Assembly (NCBI GenBank): GCA_002321395.1
Contig: DCMK01000068.1
Span: 1 to 52,534 of the forward strand
Length of the DNA: 52,534 nt
Direction: 5' to 3'
Source: Bacillales bacterium UBA1624
Lineage (GTDB): Bacteria > Bacillota_I > Bacilli_A > RFN20 > CAG-826
Below the pieces are notes generated by a model, which saw nothing but the letters and a program-made list of their open reading frames with translations, searched no databases and was not told the DNA's origin. This document shows, in pieces, positions 1-13,157 of this stretch; position 1 is the stretch's first letter; each line of letters starts with the position of its first letter. The translations under genes and the position numbers were made by a program.

Positions 1-624
1 ATGGCCTGCATGGAGGAGTGCATCAAGTGGTGCATCCGTTGGGTGATGGAGAAATGCCCCGACGAAATGGCTTTCTTCGACAAGATGATCGCCCCGGGGC
101 TTTTGGAGAAGCTCAACCGCGTTTTGAAGACCCCCTTCACCAAAATGGAATACACCGAAGGGATCGAAATCCTCAAAAAAGCCGTCGCCGATGGGCATAA
201 GTTTGAGGATCCTGACATCTATTGGGGCAAGGACCTTGGGTCGGAGCATGAACGTTATCTGACCGAAGAGGTCGTCAAAGGCCCCTTGTTCCTCATCAAC
301 TATCCCAAGGAAATCAAAGCCTTCTACATGAGGGAAAACGACGATGGGAAGACCGTCGCCGCCTGCGATTGCTTGGTCCCCGGGGAAGGGGAGATCATCG
401 GTGGGTCCCAGCGTGAGGAACGTTACGACATCCTCAAGGCCAAGATGGATAAGATCGGCAACACCAAGGGGCTGGAATGGTATCTGAACCTGCGCAAATA
501 CGGCGGATGCATCCATTCCGGATTCGGGGTCGGATTCGACCGTTTGCTCATGTATCTGACCGGCGTGGCCAACATCCGCGACACGGAGCCCTATCCCCGG
601 ACTTCCTCCGCTTTGAAGTATTGA
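1..624 (+). CDS. asnS: asparagine--tRNA ligase, C-terminal part (5' end outside window)
   Basis: Frame open from nt 1. Class-II aaRS C-terminal core with motif-3-like GGCIHSGFGVGFDRLLMYLTGVANIRD. TGA stop at 622-624. Confidence 0.9.
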   Translation: MACMEECIKWCIRWVMEKCPDEMAFFDKMIAPGLLEKLNRVLKTPFTKMEYTEGIEILKKAVADGHKFEDPDIYWGKDLGSEHERYLTEEVVKGPLFLINYPKEIKAFYMRENDDGKTVAACDCLVPGEGEIIGGSQREERYDILKAKMDKIGNTKGLEWYLNLRKYGGCIHSGFGVGFDRLLMYLTGVANIRDTEPYPRTSSALKY

Positions 625-633
625 TCAATCTTT

Positions 634-864
634 ATGGAACAGAACGCGCCCCAAAACCCAAACCAGAACATTCCCTTTCCCGGAGTCCCGGGGGCCAATC
701 CCGCCCCTTCTTCCCCGGAGAATAGCTTCGTCACCACGGACATCCCGGATCCGGAGAAGCTGCGGAAAGCCACCGCGTGCATGCGCGCCTTTTACGTCGC
801 TCTCTCTCTTTGCCTCGTCTTGGTTGGCTTGCTCGCTTGGGAAATCGTCGATTTGGTGATATGA
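634..864 (+). CDS. small membrane protein: Pro/Asn/Gln-rich N-terminal segment plus one C-terminal TM helix; unknown function
   Basis: 76-aa ORF starting 9 nt after the asnS stop. C-terminal hydrophobic helix AFYVALSLCLVLVGLLAWEIV. Its stop overlaps the next start (ATGA at 861-864), implying translational coupling. Confidence 0.5.
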   Translation: MEQNAPQNPNQNIPFPGVPGANPAPSSPENSFVTTDIPDPEKLRKATACMRAFYVALSLCLVLVGLLAWEIVDLVI

Positions 865-1385
865 AAAACCGCAAGCAGACCCAGGTCATCCAGTGGAAGG
901 AGAACAAAGTCCCCGCTTCCATCAAGCTGGGCCGGGTTTTGCTGCGCATCGGGGCCGTTTTGTTTTTGCTGGGCTCCGTTTTGTCCATGGCGTATTGGAT
1001 CCTATGCTTCATCGGGCATTGGGTCGATTTCGGTCCGGACTGGAGCGACGCTTTCCTTTCTTTGGCCTTTTGGGATCAGCCCGCGGATGTGGTGGGCATC
1101 GTAAGCGACGCTTTCCTTCCGGTGGTGTACGTAGCGATGTTCCTTTCCGGCATTGGGGCTTTTTCGTATTTGAAAGACGAAGGCCCTTTCATCAATTGGG
1201 TCGCTTGGGCTGCTTTGATCGGCGTCGGGGTTTTCCTTTTTGAACTCATGAGCGAGCTCCGCGATTTGGTGATGTCCCCTTCCGCGACGAATTGGGGATC
1301 CTTCGTCCTGGGGGTGCTGTTCCTGCAGATCGCCGCTTTGTTTTATTCAACGGGCTGGATGCTCGCGAAGAATTGGCTGGATTAA
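861..1385 (+). CDS. polytopic membrane protein (about 4 TM), unknown function
   Basis: The internal ATG at 861 (MKNRKQTQ...) overlaps the upstream stop. The track ORF 777..1385 has an Arg-rich, implausible N-terminal extension. Several long hydrophobic segments are present. Confidence 0.6.
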   Translation: MKNRKQTQVIQWKENKVPASIKLGRVLLRIGAVLFLLGSVLSMAYWILCFIGHWVDFGPDWSDAFLSLAFWDQPADVVGIVSDAFLPVVYVAMFLSGIGAFSYLKDEGPFINWVAWAALIGVGVFLFELMSELRDLVMSPSATNWGSFVLGVLFLQIAALFYSTGWMLAKNWLD

Positions 1386-2071
1386 TCCTCGCTGGGAGGG
1401 GCGGGCTCCTTCCGGGCATATTGGATGTCCTCTTCGGCTTTGAAGTCCTTGAGGGACTTGGAATAGATCGTTTTGGCGCGCGAGGAAGCCATGGCGAAGC
1501 GGGCGATCCATCCTTGGCAAAGGAAGGCGTAGTAGGCCCAAGAGAAGTAGAAAAGCGCCACCTCGATGTAGGCGGGGAGATGCTCCAAGACGAAGCGCGG
1601 CGATTCCTTCACCGCGGGGAAGCGGGCCAATAGGGTCATCCCAAAGACCCGGACCAACAAGGGCTCTTCGCGATAGGCCTCCGCGGAGGCGTCCCATTCG
1701 AAATGGAAGAAAAGCTCATTGAAGCAGGAGAAGATATTCAATCCCCAGCTGTCCATGGCGAGGCTGGCGAAGACCCAAATGAGCAAAGACAGAACCGACA
1801 AGGCGAAGGGGATCAGGGCTTGCCGGTAGAGGAGGCGGTTGTTCTTTTTGAAGGCGAGTCTTTTGAATTGGCGGGGGCTATCGACGACATGGGTCCTCGC
1901 CACGTCGGACATGATCGTGTCCATCTTCTCGGCTTGGCGGCGCAGGATGGCCCTGATCCCCATCCCCAGCAAGCCGAATAGCAGGAAAAGGATGAGCAAA
2001 AGGACGATCAAAACGACCAAGAGGCGTTTGTCGTTTTCGTTTAAGGCCACGGAGGCGAGGGATTCAATCAT
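1382..2071 (-). CDS. membrane protein, unknown function
   Basis: Start chosen at MIESLASV (ATG 2071-2069), preceded by AAGGAGGAG with 7-nt spacing and overlapping the upstream stop (ATGATTGA). Hydrophobic helices such as LLVVLIVLLLILFLLFGLLGMGI. The stop shares TTAA with the convergent gene. Confidence 0.6.
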   Translation of the reverse strand: MIESLASVALNENDKRLLVVLIVLLLILFLLFGLLGMGIRAILRRQAEKMDTIMSDVARTHVVDSPRQFKRLAFKKNNRLLYRQALIPFALSVLSLLIWVFASLAMDSWGLNIFSCFNELFFHFEWDASAEAYREEPLLVRVFGMTLLARFPAVKESPRFVLEHLPAYIEVALFYFSWAYYAFLCQGWIARFAMASSRAKTIYSKSLKDFKAEEDIQYARKEPAPPSED

Positions 2072-2537
2072 GGTCTTTCTCCTCCTTGGGTTCCAGCGCC
2101 TCCGCATCGATGGGCGGGATTTGTTCCGGGGTGGGGGAAGAAGGCTGCTGGGGGATGTTCAGGAAAGGGTTCGCCTGCCCCGGAAAAGGAGGCTGCGAAT
2201 CAAGGGGAGGTTTCCCCTGCGGGGGGAGCCCGCCCATCATTTTGGCGGGGTCGGCGTTGTAATAGACCTGCTGAACGTAGATGTTGTTGGGGGTCGGAGG
2301 GGTTTCCTGCTTGGGGGAGGCCCCGGCGATGGCCTCTTGTTTCCGTTTGGTCGCTTCTTCGTCTTCGGGGAAGACGGGGAAGCATTTTTTGCCGGAGAAG
2401 AAGTTGATGGTCATGATGACGAATTCGACCAAGAAGACCAAAACCCCGTATAAGGCGACCAACGCGACGAGCACGAGCAAAAGGGGAAAGCCCAAGGCGT
2501 ATAGGATTCCGATGCCGAATTTCTTCAGGAATTCCAT
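2064..2537 (-). CDS. small membrane protein (2 N-terminal TM helices) with a Pro/Gln-rich C-terminal tail; unknown function
   Basis: 157-aa ORF. N-terminus GIGILYALGFPLLLVLVALVALYGVLVFLVEFVIM. The tail is rich in P/Q/N. An SD-like AAAGGGGAAG lies upstream. Confidence 0.6.
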   Translation of the reverse strand: MEFLKKFGIGILYALGFPLLLVLVALVALYGVLVFLVEFVIMTINFFSGKKCFPVFPEDEEATKRKQEAIAGASPKQETPPTPNNIYVQQVYYNADPAKMMGGLPPQGKPPLDSQPPFPGQANPFLNIPQQPSSPTPEQIPPIDAEALEPKEEKDHD

Positions 2538-2564
2538 TTCTTCCCCTTTCTTGCTTCCTTCATT

Positions 2565-3467
2565 TTAGTGGGTGGATTTCTTCTTTCCTAGAAGAACCTC
2601 TAGGAAACAGGATAAGGACAAGGCGGCGGGGAAGAGGGCGATCATCCCAAACCCTTGGACGATGGAAAGCGAAGGATAGAGGAAGGCGAAGAGGAGGATG
2701 GAGGCAAAAAGAAGCAGAAAAGAAAGGGCGTAGAAGCCCCAATGGGCTTTGGGGGCGAATTCGACGAGGCTGAGGGAAACCCAATAGAGGGAAATGCCCA
2801 GGAAGAAGTAGGCAAGGGGCGGATAAAGAAAAAGGAAAGCGAAGGAAAGAAGGCTGCTTGCTAAACAGAAGCAGGGATGGACCCAAAGGCGCCTGGCTTT
2901 CCAAACCAAGGGAATCCCCAACTTGGGGGAAACGAGGATGAAAACGAAGTGGGCGATCCCCGATGCGCCGAAGGAATAGGCCAATCCCAAAAGCACGATC
3001 GCTGCTTCGCTGGCGGGGTTCCTTTCCTTGTCGAAGAAAGCAAGGAGAACGTCGACCATGTTGACTTGGTAAATCGCTTTGACCAGATACAGCGAGAGGA
3101 TGAAGAAAAGGAATTGGCAGAGCGAAGAGAGGAACAAGGAAAAAGAAGCGGGGGCCTTCGTCCGCACGCCATATCCATAGACGAGTCCCGAGCAAAGGCA
3201 GGGGAGGAGATAGAACAAGGTGTTTTGGAAATCCCATGCCGAGACGGCGATGCTGATTCCGAGGGCGGAAAAAAGATAGAGGGCGTGGTATCGCTTTTGG
3301 CAGAAATAGGCGACGAAGGAGGCGATCAAAGGCGCAGCAGCCATCAAAAAGACCGACGAAAGGGGCAGCAAAGCCCCGACCAAAGACAAGATGGCGTCGA
3401 AGGCGGCTGCCAAGGCGCAGAAGGCGATGTTTTGGGCGGGTGTTTCTTTCCTTGCGAAGAAGGCCAT
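2565..3467 (-). CDS. polytopic integral membrane protein (about 8-9 TM), unknown function
   Basis: 300-aa ORF, strongly hydrophobic throughout. Preferred over the overlapping Arg/Pro/Leu-rich frame 2560..3471. GGTAAAAT -10 box lies 6 nt upstream of the ATG. Confidence 0.7.
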   Translation of the reverse strand: MAFFARKETPAQNIAFCALAAAFDAILSLVGALLPLSSVFLMAAAPLIASFVAYFCQKRYHALYLFSALGISIAVSAWDFQNTLFYLLPCLCSGLVYGYGVRTKAPASFSLFLSSLCQFLFFILSLYLVKAIYQVNMVDVLLAFFDKERNPASEAAIVLLGLAYSFGASGIAHFVFILVSPKLGIPLVWKARRLWVHPCFCLASSLLSFAFLFLYPPLAYFFLGISLYWVSLSLVEFAPKAHWGFYALSFLLLFASILLFAFLYPSLSIVQGFGMIALFPAALSLSCFLEVLLGKKKSTH

Positions 3468-3473
3468 GCATCT

Positions 3474-3479
3474 ATTTTA
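3474..3479 (-). promoter_or_regulatory. -10 box (GG)TAAAAT on the minus strand, 6 nt upstream of the ATG at 3467 (leaderless-type)
   Basis: The minus strand reads GGGTAAAAT-agatgc-ATG. No SD. Confidence 0.5.
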
Positions 3480-3676
3480 CCCATTTTGGGCGCGGGGAAG
3501 GAATTCGGTGGGGAGAAAGCGGGGATCCTCCTTTAGAGGAAGGCGAAGAGGCTTCTTTGCTTGCTCTCCTTTCCAGGGAAGCCCCTAAGCGCCCTCCTCT
3601 TCTCGCGGGGAGGGCTTTTCCTTGGGAAAGATCCTTTTTCGCCTCCTTCTCTTTATTCATAAAGAGCTTTCCAGAA

Positions 3677-3684
3677 GGTAAAAT
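3677..3684 (+). promoter_or_regulatory. -10 box GGTAAAAT 9 nt upstream of the pcrA ATG (leaderless-type)
   Basis: GGTAAAAT-aggaaggct-ATG (3694). AGGAAGG in the gap is only 2 nt from the ATG, too close for a functional SD. Confidence 0.45.
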
Positions 3685-3693
3685 AGGAAGGCT

Positions 3694-7988
<4,295 letters not shown>

Positions 7989-7990
7989 CG

Positions 7991-8012
7991 GAAGGGAGGA
8001 CCCCTTCTTTCT
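7991..8012 (+). terminator. weak candidate terminator after ligA
   Basis: GAAGGG-aggac-CCCTTC followed by TTTCT. The T-run is short. Confidence 0.35.
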
Positions 8013-8035
8013 AGCAAAGGGGGGCCTAGTTCGCC

Positions 8036-8041
8036 TATAAT
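8036..8041 (+). promoter_or_regulatory. candidate -10 TATAAT for the gatCAB operon (conventional 5' leader)
   Basis: TATAAT lies 38 nt upstream of the gatC ATG, and the leader contains a GAGGAA SD. Confidence 0.4.
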
Positions 8042-8079
8042 ACCGAAGCGATCTAAAGATTGAACTGCGAGGAAACGAC

Positions 8080-8376
8080 ATGAAAGAAATCACGATGGAT
8101 GTGCTCAAGGACGCGGCCCATCGTCTCCTTTTCACGATGAGCGAGGAGGAATACGGGACGCTTCTTGAGGAATTCGGCGTTTTGAAGCGCCAAATGGAGA
8201 AGATCGGGGAGATCCAAGGGCTCGACTCCTATGAGCCGATGACTTTCCCCTTCCCCTGCCAGACCTCTTACCTTCGGGAGGACGTCCCCGAGGAGCCGCT
8301 GACCAACGAAGAAGCTCTTCGGAACGCTTCCTGCAAAGAAGATGGGCAGATCAAGCTGCCGAAGGTGGTGGGATGA
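8080..8376 (+). CDS. gatC: Asp/Glu-tRNA amidotransferase subunit C
   Basis: 98-aa ORF directly upstream of and overlapping gatA. GAGGAA SD 6 nt upstream. Confidence 0.88.
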   Translation: MKEITMDVLKDAAHRLLFTMSEEEYGTLLEEFGVLKRQMEKIGEIQGLDSYEPMTFPFPCQTSYLREDVPEEPLTNEEALRNASCKEDGQIKLPKVVG

Positions 8377-9845
8377 TGGAATACCTCGATTTGAGCATCC
8401 GTCAGATCCACGCGGCCTTGCTCCAAAAGAAGACGACCCCCCTTGAACTGGCCAAGCTGGCCCTGAAGCGGGCCAAGGAAAGCAAGGACAACGCGTTCGA
8501 GTTGATTTTGGAGGAGCAGGCCCTTGAATTCGCCTCCTCCCTGGTCGAGCCGGAGGAGGACAACCTCCTATGGGGCATCCCTTATGTTGCCAAGGACAAC
8601 TTCTCGACCAAAGGAATCGAGACCACCGCCTCCAGCAACGTCTTGAACGGATACGTCCCTTTGTTCGACGCGACCGTCATCGCCAAACTCAAAGAGAAGA
8701 AATGCGTCCTGATTGGGAAGACCACCCTCGATGAACTCGCCATGGGCGGAACCGGGACCACGGGGCATAAAGGGATCACCTACAACCCCTACGACCCCAG
8801 CCATCGGCGCATGATGGGTGGATCCAGCTGCGGGAGCGCCGCCTGCGTCGCCTCCGGGATCGTCCCATTCGCCTTGGGATCGGATACGGGCGACTCGGTC
8901 CGCAAGCCAGCCTCCTTCGGCGGCTTGGTGGGCATGAAGCCGACTTGGGGCAGGATTTCCCGCTACGGGCTCTTCCCCTTCGCCCCCAGCCTTGACCACG
9001 TGGGCTATTTCACCCGCGGCGTCGAGGATTCCGCGATTCTTTTGAACGCTCTTGCCGGGCGCGATGAGATGGATTCCACCTCCTCCTTCCGCCCTGTGGA
9101 TGATTATCGGGCGGATCTTTCTTCCCCTCTTGCGGGCAAGAAAATCGCCGTTTTGAAGGAAATCCTCGATTCCATTTCCGACAAAACCCTTTTGGATAAA
9201 TTCAACCTCTCCCTTCAGAAGATGGAGCAAGAAGGGGCGGAGGTCCGCTTCGTTTCCTTCGGCGAGGATCTCCTTCCGTCCGTCTATGCGACCTACATCG
9301 TCATCTCCTGCGCCGAGGCAACCAGCAACGACGCGAACCTCGACGGCATCAAGTTCGGGCCTAATTACGGGGGGAAGACCTACCAGGAAGTGATGTTCAA
9401 CGCCCGGACAAAAGGCTTCTCCGAGCTCATCAAGAGGCGCTTCGTCATCGGCAGCTTTGCCTTGATGAGGGAGAACCAGGACGTCTTGTTCCTCCGCGCC
9501 CAGAAGAACCGGGCCAAAATCGTGGAAAGGGTCAATCAGATCCTCGCCGATTCCGATTTCATCTACGTCCCCGCCGCCCCCTCGATCGCGGGGAAGCTTG
9601 GAGAGGCTTCCGACAAGCTCTCCAACGAATATCTGATCGCCGACAACCATTTGGCTTTGGGCAATTTCGCCGGGCTCCCTTCCTTGACCCTTCCCTTGGG
9701 GATGGAAGAGGGGATGCCTCTCGGCGTGAACTTCATGGGGCGCGCCTTCGAGGAAAAGGAACTCTTGGGCGTGGCTCGGCGCTTTGAGGAGATCACCGGG
9801 CTAGAAGGGCTCTCCACCTTGAACGAAAAGGAGGGGAATCTATGA
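8373..9845 (+). CDS. gatA: Asp/Glu-tRNA amidotransferase subunit A (amidase signature family)
   Basis: Amidase signature GGSSCGSAACVASG and GSDTGDSVRKPASF. Confidence 0.95.
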   Translation: MMEYLDLSIRQIHAALLQKKTTPLELAKLALKRAKESKDNAFELILEEQALEFASSLVEPEEDNLLWGIPYVAKDNFSTKGIETTASSNVLNGYVPLFDATVIAKLKEKKCVLIGKTTLDELAMGGTGTTGHKGITYNPYDPSHRRMMGGSSCGSAACVASGIVPFALGSDTGDSVRKPASFGGLVGMKPTWGRISRYGLFPFAPSLDHVGYFTRGVEDSAILLNALAGRDEMDSTSSFRPVDDYRADLSSPLAGKKIAVLKEILDSISDKTLLDKFNLSLQKMEQEGAEVRFVSFGEDLLPSVYATYIVISCAEATSNDANLDGIKFGPNYGGKTYQEVMFNARTKGFSELIKRRFVIGSFALMRENQDVLFLRAQKNRAKIVERVNQILADSDFIYVPAAPSIAGKLGEASDKLSNEYLIADNHLALGNFAGLPSLTLPLGMEEGMPLGVNFMGRAFEEKELLGVARRFEEITGLEGLSTLNEKEGNL

Positions 9846-11269
9846 ATTTCGAAGCGATCATCGGGCTTGAAATCCACGTTCAGATGAAGACGAAGAGCAA
9901 GATGTTCTCCGCCTCCCCGAACTCTTTCTCCCGCCTCCCCAACAGCGAAGTCACCCCGTTCGACATGGCTTTCCCCGGCACGATGCCGCGGGTCAACAAG
10001 CAAGCCGTCATCAACGCGATCCGCGTGGCCAACGCGCTGCACATGAGCATCGACCACACGCTTTACTTCGACCGCAAAAACTATTTCTACAGCGACTTGC
10101 CCAAGGGTTTTCAAATCACCCAGCAACGCCGCCCGATCGGCAGCAACGGCTATTTGGACATCCTGGACAAAGAAGGGAAGACCAAGCGGATCCGCATCGA
10201 GAGGATCCACATGGAGGAAGATACCTGCAAGCAGCTCCATCTGAGCGATTGCACGCTTCTGGACTATAACCGCGCCGGGACGCCTTTGGTGGAGATCGTC
10301 TCGATGCCGGATCTGCGCTCCGGGACCGAGGCCATGCACTACGTGGAGGCGATCCGGAACATCGTCGTCTATTCCTTGACCAGCGACGGCAAGATGGAGG
10401 AAGGGTCGCTCCGCTGCGACGTCAACGTCTCCCTCCGCCCCTTCGGCGAGGAGAAGTTCGGCACGAAGGTCGAAATCAAGAACCTCAACTCCATCAAGAA
10501 CATCGAGCAGGCTTTGGATTATGAAATCGCCCGCCAAAGCGCCTGCCTTCTGACCGGGGTCCCGGTTCAGCAGGAGACCCGGCGCTTCGACGAAGCCAGC
10601 GGGAAAACGGTTTTGATGAGGGTCAAGACCGACGCGGTCGACTACAAATACTTCTGCGAGCCGAACATCGCCCCCATCGCCCTTTCGGACGAATTCGTCC
10701 AAAACGCGATCGATACCTGCCCGGAGCTCTACGATCGTAAGAAGGAACGTTACTTGAAGTCCGGGCTTTCGGAGACCGACGCTTCCATCGTCTTGTCCGA
10801 TTTGGCGATGTCCTCCTACTTCGAAGAGGCCTGCAAAGGGGCGAAATCCCCAAAGACGGTGGCCAACTTCCTGATCGTCGAAGTCAATTCCTACCTCAAC
10901 AAAGAAGGGAAGAAGATCTCCGAGTTCCCCCTTACCCCCGCTCAGCTATCCGACGTCTGCAACCTGCAGGATGAAGGCTATACACATAAGCAGGCCATGC
11001 AGATCTTCGCCTATCTTCTGGATCGCGGCGGCGACGCCGAATCGGCCCGGAAGGCTTTGAAGATCGAGAAGCAGAGCACGGATTCCGGGGCGGTCCTCGC
11101 CTTCGTCAATCAGGTTTTGGACGCCAACCCGCAGTCGATCCTCGACTGGAAAGCCGGGAAAGACCGCGCGATCGGCTTCTTGGTGGGCCAGGTCATGAAG
11201 CTCAGCAAGGGGAAGGTTAACCCCGCCGCGGTTTCCAAGACCCTGCAAGAGGAAATCAAGAAGAGGTAA
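9842..11269 (+). CDS. gatB: Asp/Glu-tRNA amidotransferase subunit B
   Basis: N-terminus FEAIIGLEIHVQ..., HMEEDTCK, GatB/YqeY C-terminal domain. ATGA overlap with gatA. Confidence 0.95.
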   Translation: MNFEAIIGLEIHVQMKTKSKMFSASPNSFSRLPNSEVTPFDMAFPGTMPRVNKQAVINAIRVANALHMSIDHTLYFDRKNYFYSDLPKGFQITQQRRPIGSNGYLDILDKEGKTKRIRIERIHMEEDTCKQLHLSDCTLLDYNRAGTPLVEIVSMPDLRSGTEAMHYVEAIRNIVVYSLTSDGKMEEGSLRCDVNVSLRPFGEEKFGTKVEIKNLNSIKNIEQALDYEIARQSACLLTGVPVQQETRRFDEASGKTVLMRVKTDAVDYKYFCEPNIAPIALSDEFVQNAIDTCPELYDRKKERYLKSGLSETDASIVLSDLAMSSYFEEACKGAKSPKTVANFLIVEVNSYLNKEGKKISEFPLTPAQLSDVCNLQDEGYTHKQAMQIFAYLLDRGGDAESARKALKIEKQSTDSGAVLAFVNQVLDANPQSILDWKAGKDRAIGFLVGQVMKLSKGKVNPAAVSKTLQEEIKKR

Positions 11270-11271
11270 GC

Positions 11272-12033
11272 ATGGAAAAGGAGATCGAAGAGCTCAAATC
11301 CTATTTGGAAGGGGTCTCCTCTTTCGCTTTCCCCAAGTACAAAGAGCTCCCCGGGGTGGAGCTGTACATGGAGCAGGTCCTCAAATACATCAACGGGACC
11401 CTGGATTCCTTGACCTTGGGGCAGGAGAAGATGCTGACCTCCTTCATGGTCAACAACTACGTCAAGGCCAAAATGGTCTCATTGCCCGTGAAGAAACGCT
11501 ACTCCAAGGAGCAGATCGGCTATCTGATGGCCATTTGCTTGATGAAGTCCACGATCTCGATGGCGGATATGTCGCTTCTTCTGGAGCTCGACGGCCACGT
11601 TTCGGTGGACAAAGGAAGACTCTACGCCTTCTGGGCGAGCATGGAGAACTCCATCCTTACCGAGACGGCCCAAAGGACGCTTTCCCGGGTCAATTCGGCT
11701 TCCCGCCATTATTCTTCCCTCAAGGGCAAGAACAAAAAGAAGGCCGAGGACGACACCCGGGCGGTCTTGGGGCTCATCGCCTTGCGCCTAGCGATCCAAT
11801 CCCAAGCCAACAAACTCATCTCCGACTCCATCATCGCCGCCTTGAGGGCGGACATGCACGGGGAAAAGGGGCAGAAGAAAGCCGAGGAGACGAATAAGCC
11901 GACCCACCACGAGGAAAGGATGGCCAAGAAGGAGGCCAAGCGAATCGGGGCGGAGAGGCAGAAGAAAGAAGAGAACCAAAAGAGCCGTAAGAAGGCCGTC
12001 GCGCCGAAAGCGAAGAAGGAGAAACAAAAATGA
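11272..12033 (+). CDS. DUF1836-like protein with a Lys/Glu-rich C-terminal extension
   Basis: N-terminal segment (YMEQVLKYIN...LTSFMVNNYVKAKMV..PVKKRYSKEQIGYL) resembles the DUF1836 family as I recall it. The last ~65 aa are K/E/A low complexity. Tightly coupled to gatB and galE. Confidence 0.6.
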   Translation: MEKEIEELKSYLEGVSSFAFPKYKELPGVELYMEQVLKYINGTLDSLTLGQEKMLTSFMVNNYVKAKMVSLPVKKRYSKEQIGYLMAICLMKSTISMADMSLLLELDGHVSVDKGRLYAFWASMENSILTETAQRTLSRVNSASRHYSSLKGKNKKKAEDDTRAVLGLIALRLAIQSQANKLISDSIIAALRADMHGEKGQKKAEETNKPTHHEERMAKKEAKRIGAERQKKEENQKSRKKAVAPKAKKEKQK

Positions 12034-13043
12034 AGAACATTCTCGTTACCGGGGGGACCGGGTTCATTGGATCGGAGACCGCCATCAAGCTGATTGAGAA
12101 CGGCTATCGGCCCATCCTCGTCGACAATCTTTCCAATTCCAAGGAGAAGGTGGTCGATCGGATTGAGGAAATCACCGGAGTCCGGCCCGTTTTCTACCGC
12201 GTGGACTGCTGCCATGCCGACGAATTCCGCGCGGTGTTTCAGAAAGAGCCCATCGACGCGGTGATCCACTTCGCCGGGCTCAAAGCGGTCGGCGAAAGCG
12301 TGGGCAAGCCCATCGAGTATTATGCCAACAACCTCATCTCCACGTTGAACCTCCTGGCTTTGATGAAGGAATTCAAGATGAAGAATTTGGTCTTCTCCTC
12401 CTCGGCGACCGTCTACGGGGTCCCGAAGCGCGTCCCGCTTTATGAGAGCGATCCGGTCGAAAGCGCGACCAACCCCTATGGGGAGACCAAAGTGATGATC
12501 GAGCGCATCTTGGAGGACGCCCAAAAAGCCGATCCAAGCTTCAACATCGCCTTGTTGCGTTACTTCAATCCGATCGGCGCCCACCCCAGCGGATTGTTGG
12601 GCGAAGACCCCAACGGCATCCCCAACAACATCATGCCCTATATCTCCCAAGTCGCGATTGGGAAAAGGGAGTATCTCCACGTCTTCGGCGGCGATTACCC
12701 GACCCCGGATGGGACCGGGGTGCGCGATTACATCCACGTCCTTGATTTGGCTCAGGGCCATGTCGCGACGCTTGCGAAGCTGGAGGAGAAGCCGGGGCTC
12801 GTCGTCTACAACCTGGGGACGGGCAGGGGGACTTCGGTTCTGGAGCTTGTGAACGCGTTCGAAAAGGCTACCGGGGTCAAGATCCCTTACCGCATCGAAG
12901 CGCGCCGCCCCGGGGACGTCGCGGAGAACTTCGCGGACGTCTCCAAAGCCGAGAAAGAGCTTGGTTGGAAGGCTGAGTTCAACGTGGAAGACGCCTGCCG
13001 GGACGCCTTTGCGTTCCAAAAGAAAAACCCTAATGGGATTTAA
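12030..13043 (+). CDS. galE: UDP-glucose 4-epimerase
   Basis: Rossmann motif VTGGTGFIGS, YGETK catalytic motif (SDR Y-x3-K), typical 337-aa length. Confidence 0.93.
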   Translation: MKNILVTGGTGFIGSETAIKLIENGYRPILVDNLSNSKEKVVDRIEEITGVRPVFYRVDCCHADEFRAVFQKEPIDAVIHFAGLKAVGESVGKPIEYYANNLISTLNLLALMKEFKMKNLVFSSSATVYGVPKRVPLYESDPVESATNPYGETKVMIERILEDAQKADPSFNIALLRYFNPIGAHPSGLLGEDPNGIPNNIMPYISQVAIGKREYLHVFGGDYPTPDGTGVRDYIHVLDLAQGHVATLAKLEEKPGLVVYNLGTGRGTSVLELVNAFEKATGVKIPYRIEARRPGDVAENFADVSKAEKELGWKAEFNVEDACRDAFAFQKKNPNGI

Positions 13044-13046
13044 GGG

Positions 13047-13076
13047 GAAGCGGGGATGAAGGGCTCCGCTTTTTCC
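13047..13076 (+). terminator. candidate rho-independent terminator after galE
   Basis: Imperfect stem AAGCGGGG / CTCCGCTT followed by a T-run (13070-13074). Confidence 0.45.
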
Positions 13077-13157
13077 TAAGCGCCCCCATCCCTGAATTCG
13101 CCGAAAAGAAAAACGGATACACGCCCTCCCTTTTTCGCGTGCGTGTGCGCGTAGGGC

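Noticed and set aside
2560-3471. Alternative 303-aa ORF overlapping the 300-aa membrane protein on the same strand.
   Set aside because: It is Arg/Pro/Leu-rich with no hydrophobic periodicity. The 2565-3467 frame gives a coherent polytopic membrane protein and is positioned correctly behind the -10 box.
3472-3666. 64-aa basic Ser/Pro-rich ORF (MNKEKEAKKDLSQGK...) on the minus strand inside the pcrA-upstream spacer.
   Set aside because: It has no SD and no suitably placed -10. It is the tail of the antisense shadow ORF and is low complexity. It cannot be excluded without expression data.
7991-8030. Mutually exclusive hairpins after ligA (GAAGGG/CCCTTC versus CCCCTT/AAGGGG) that could act as a terminator/antiterminator switch for gatCAB.
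   Set aside because: The stems are only 6 bp and the T-run is weak. There is no leader peptide or T-box features, and a TATAAT at 8036 can explain gatCAB expression independently. Evidence is insufficient.
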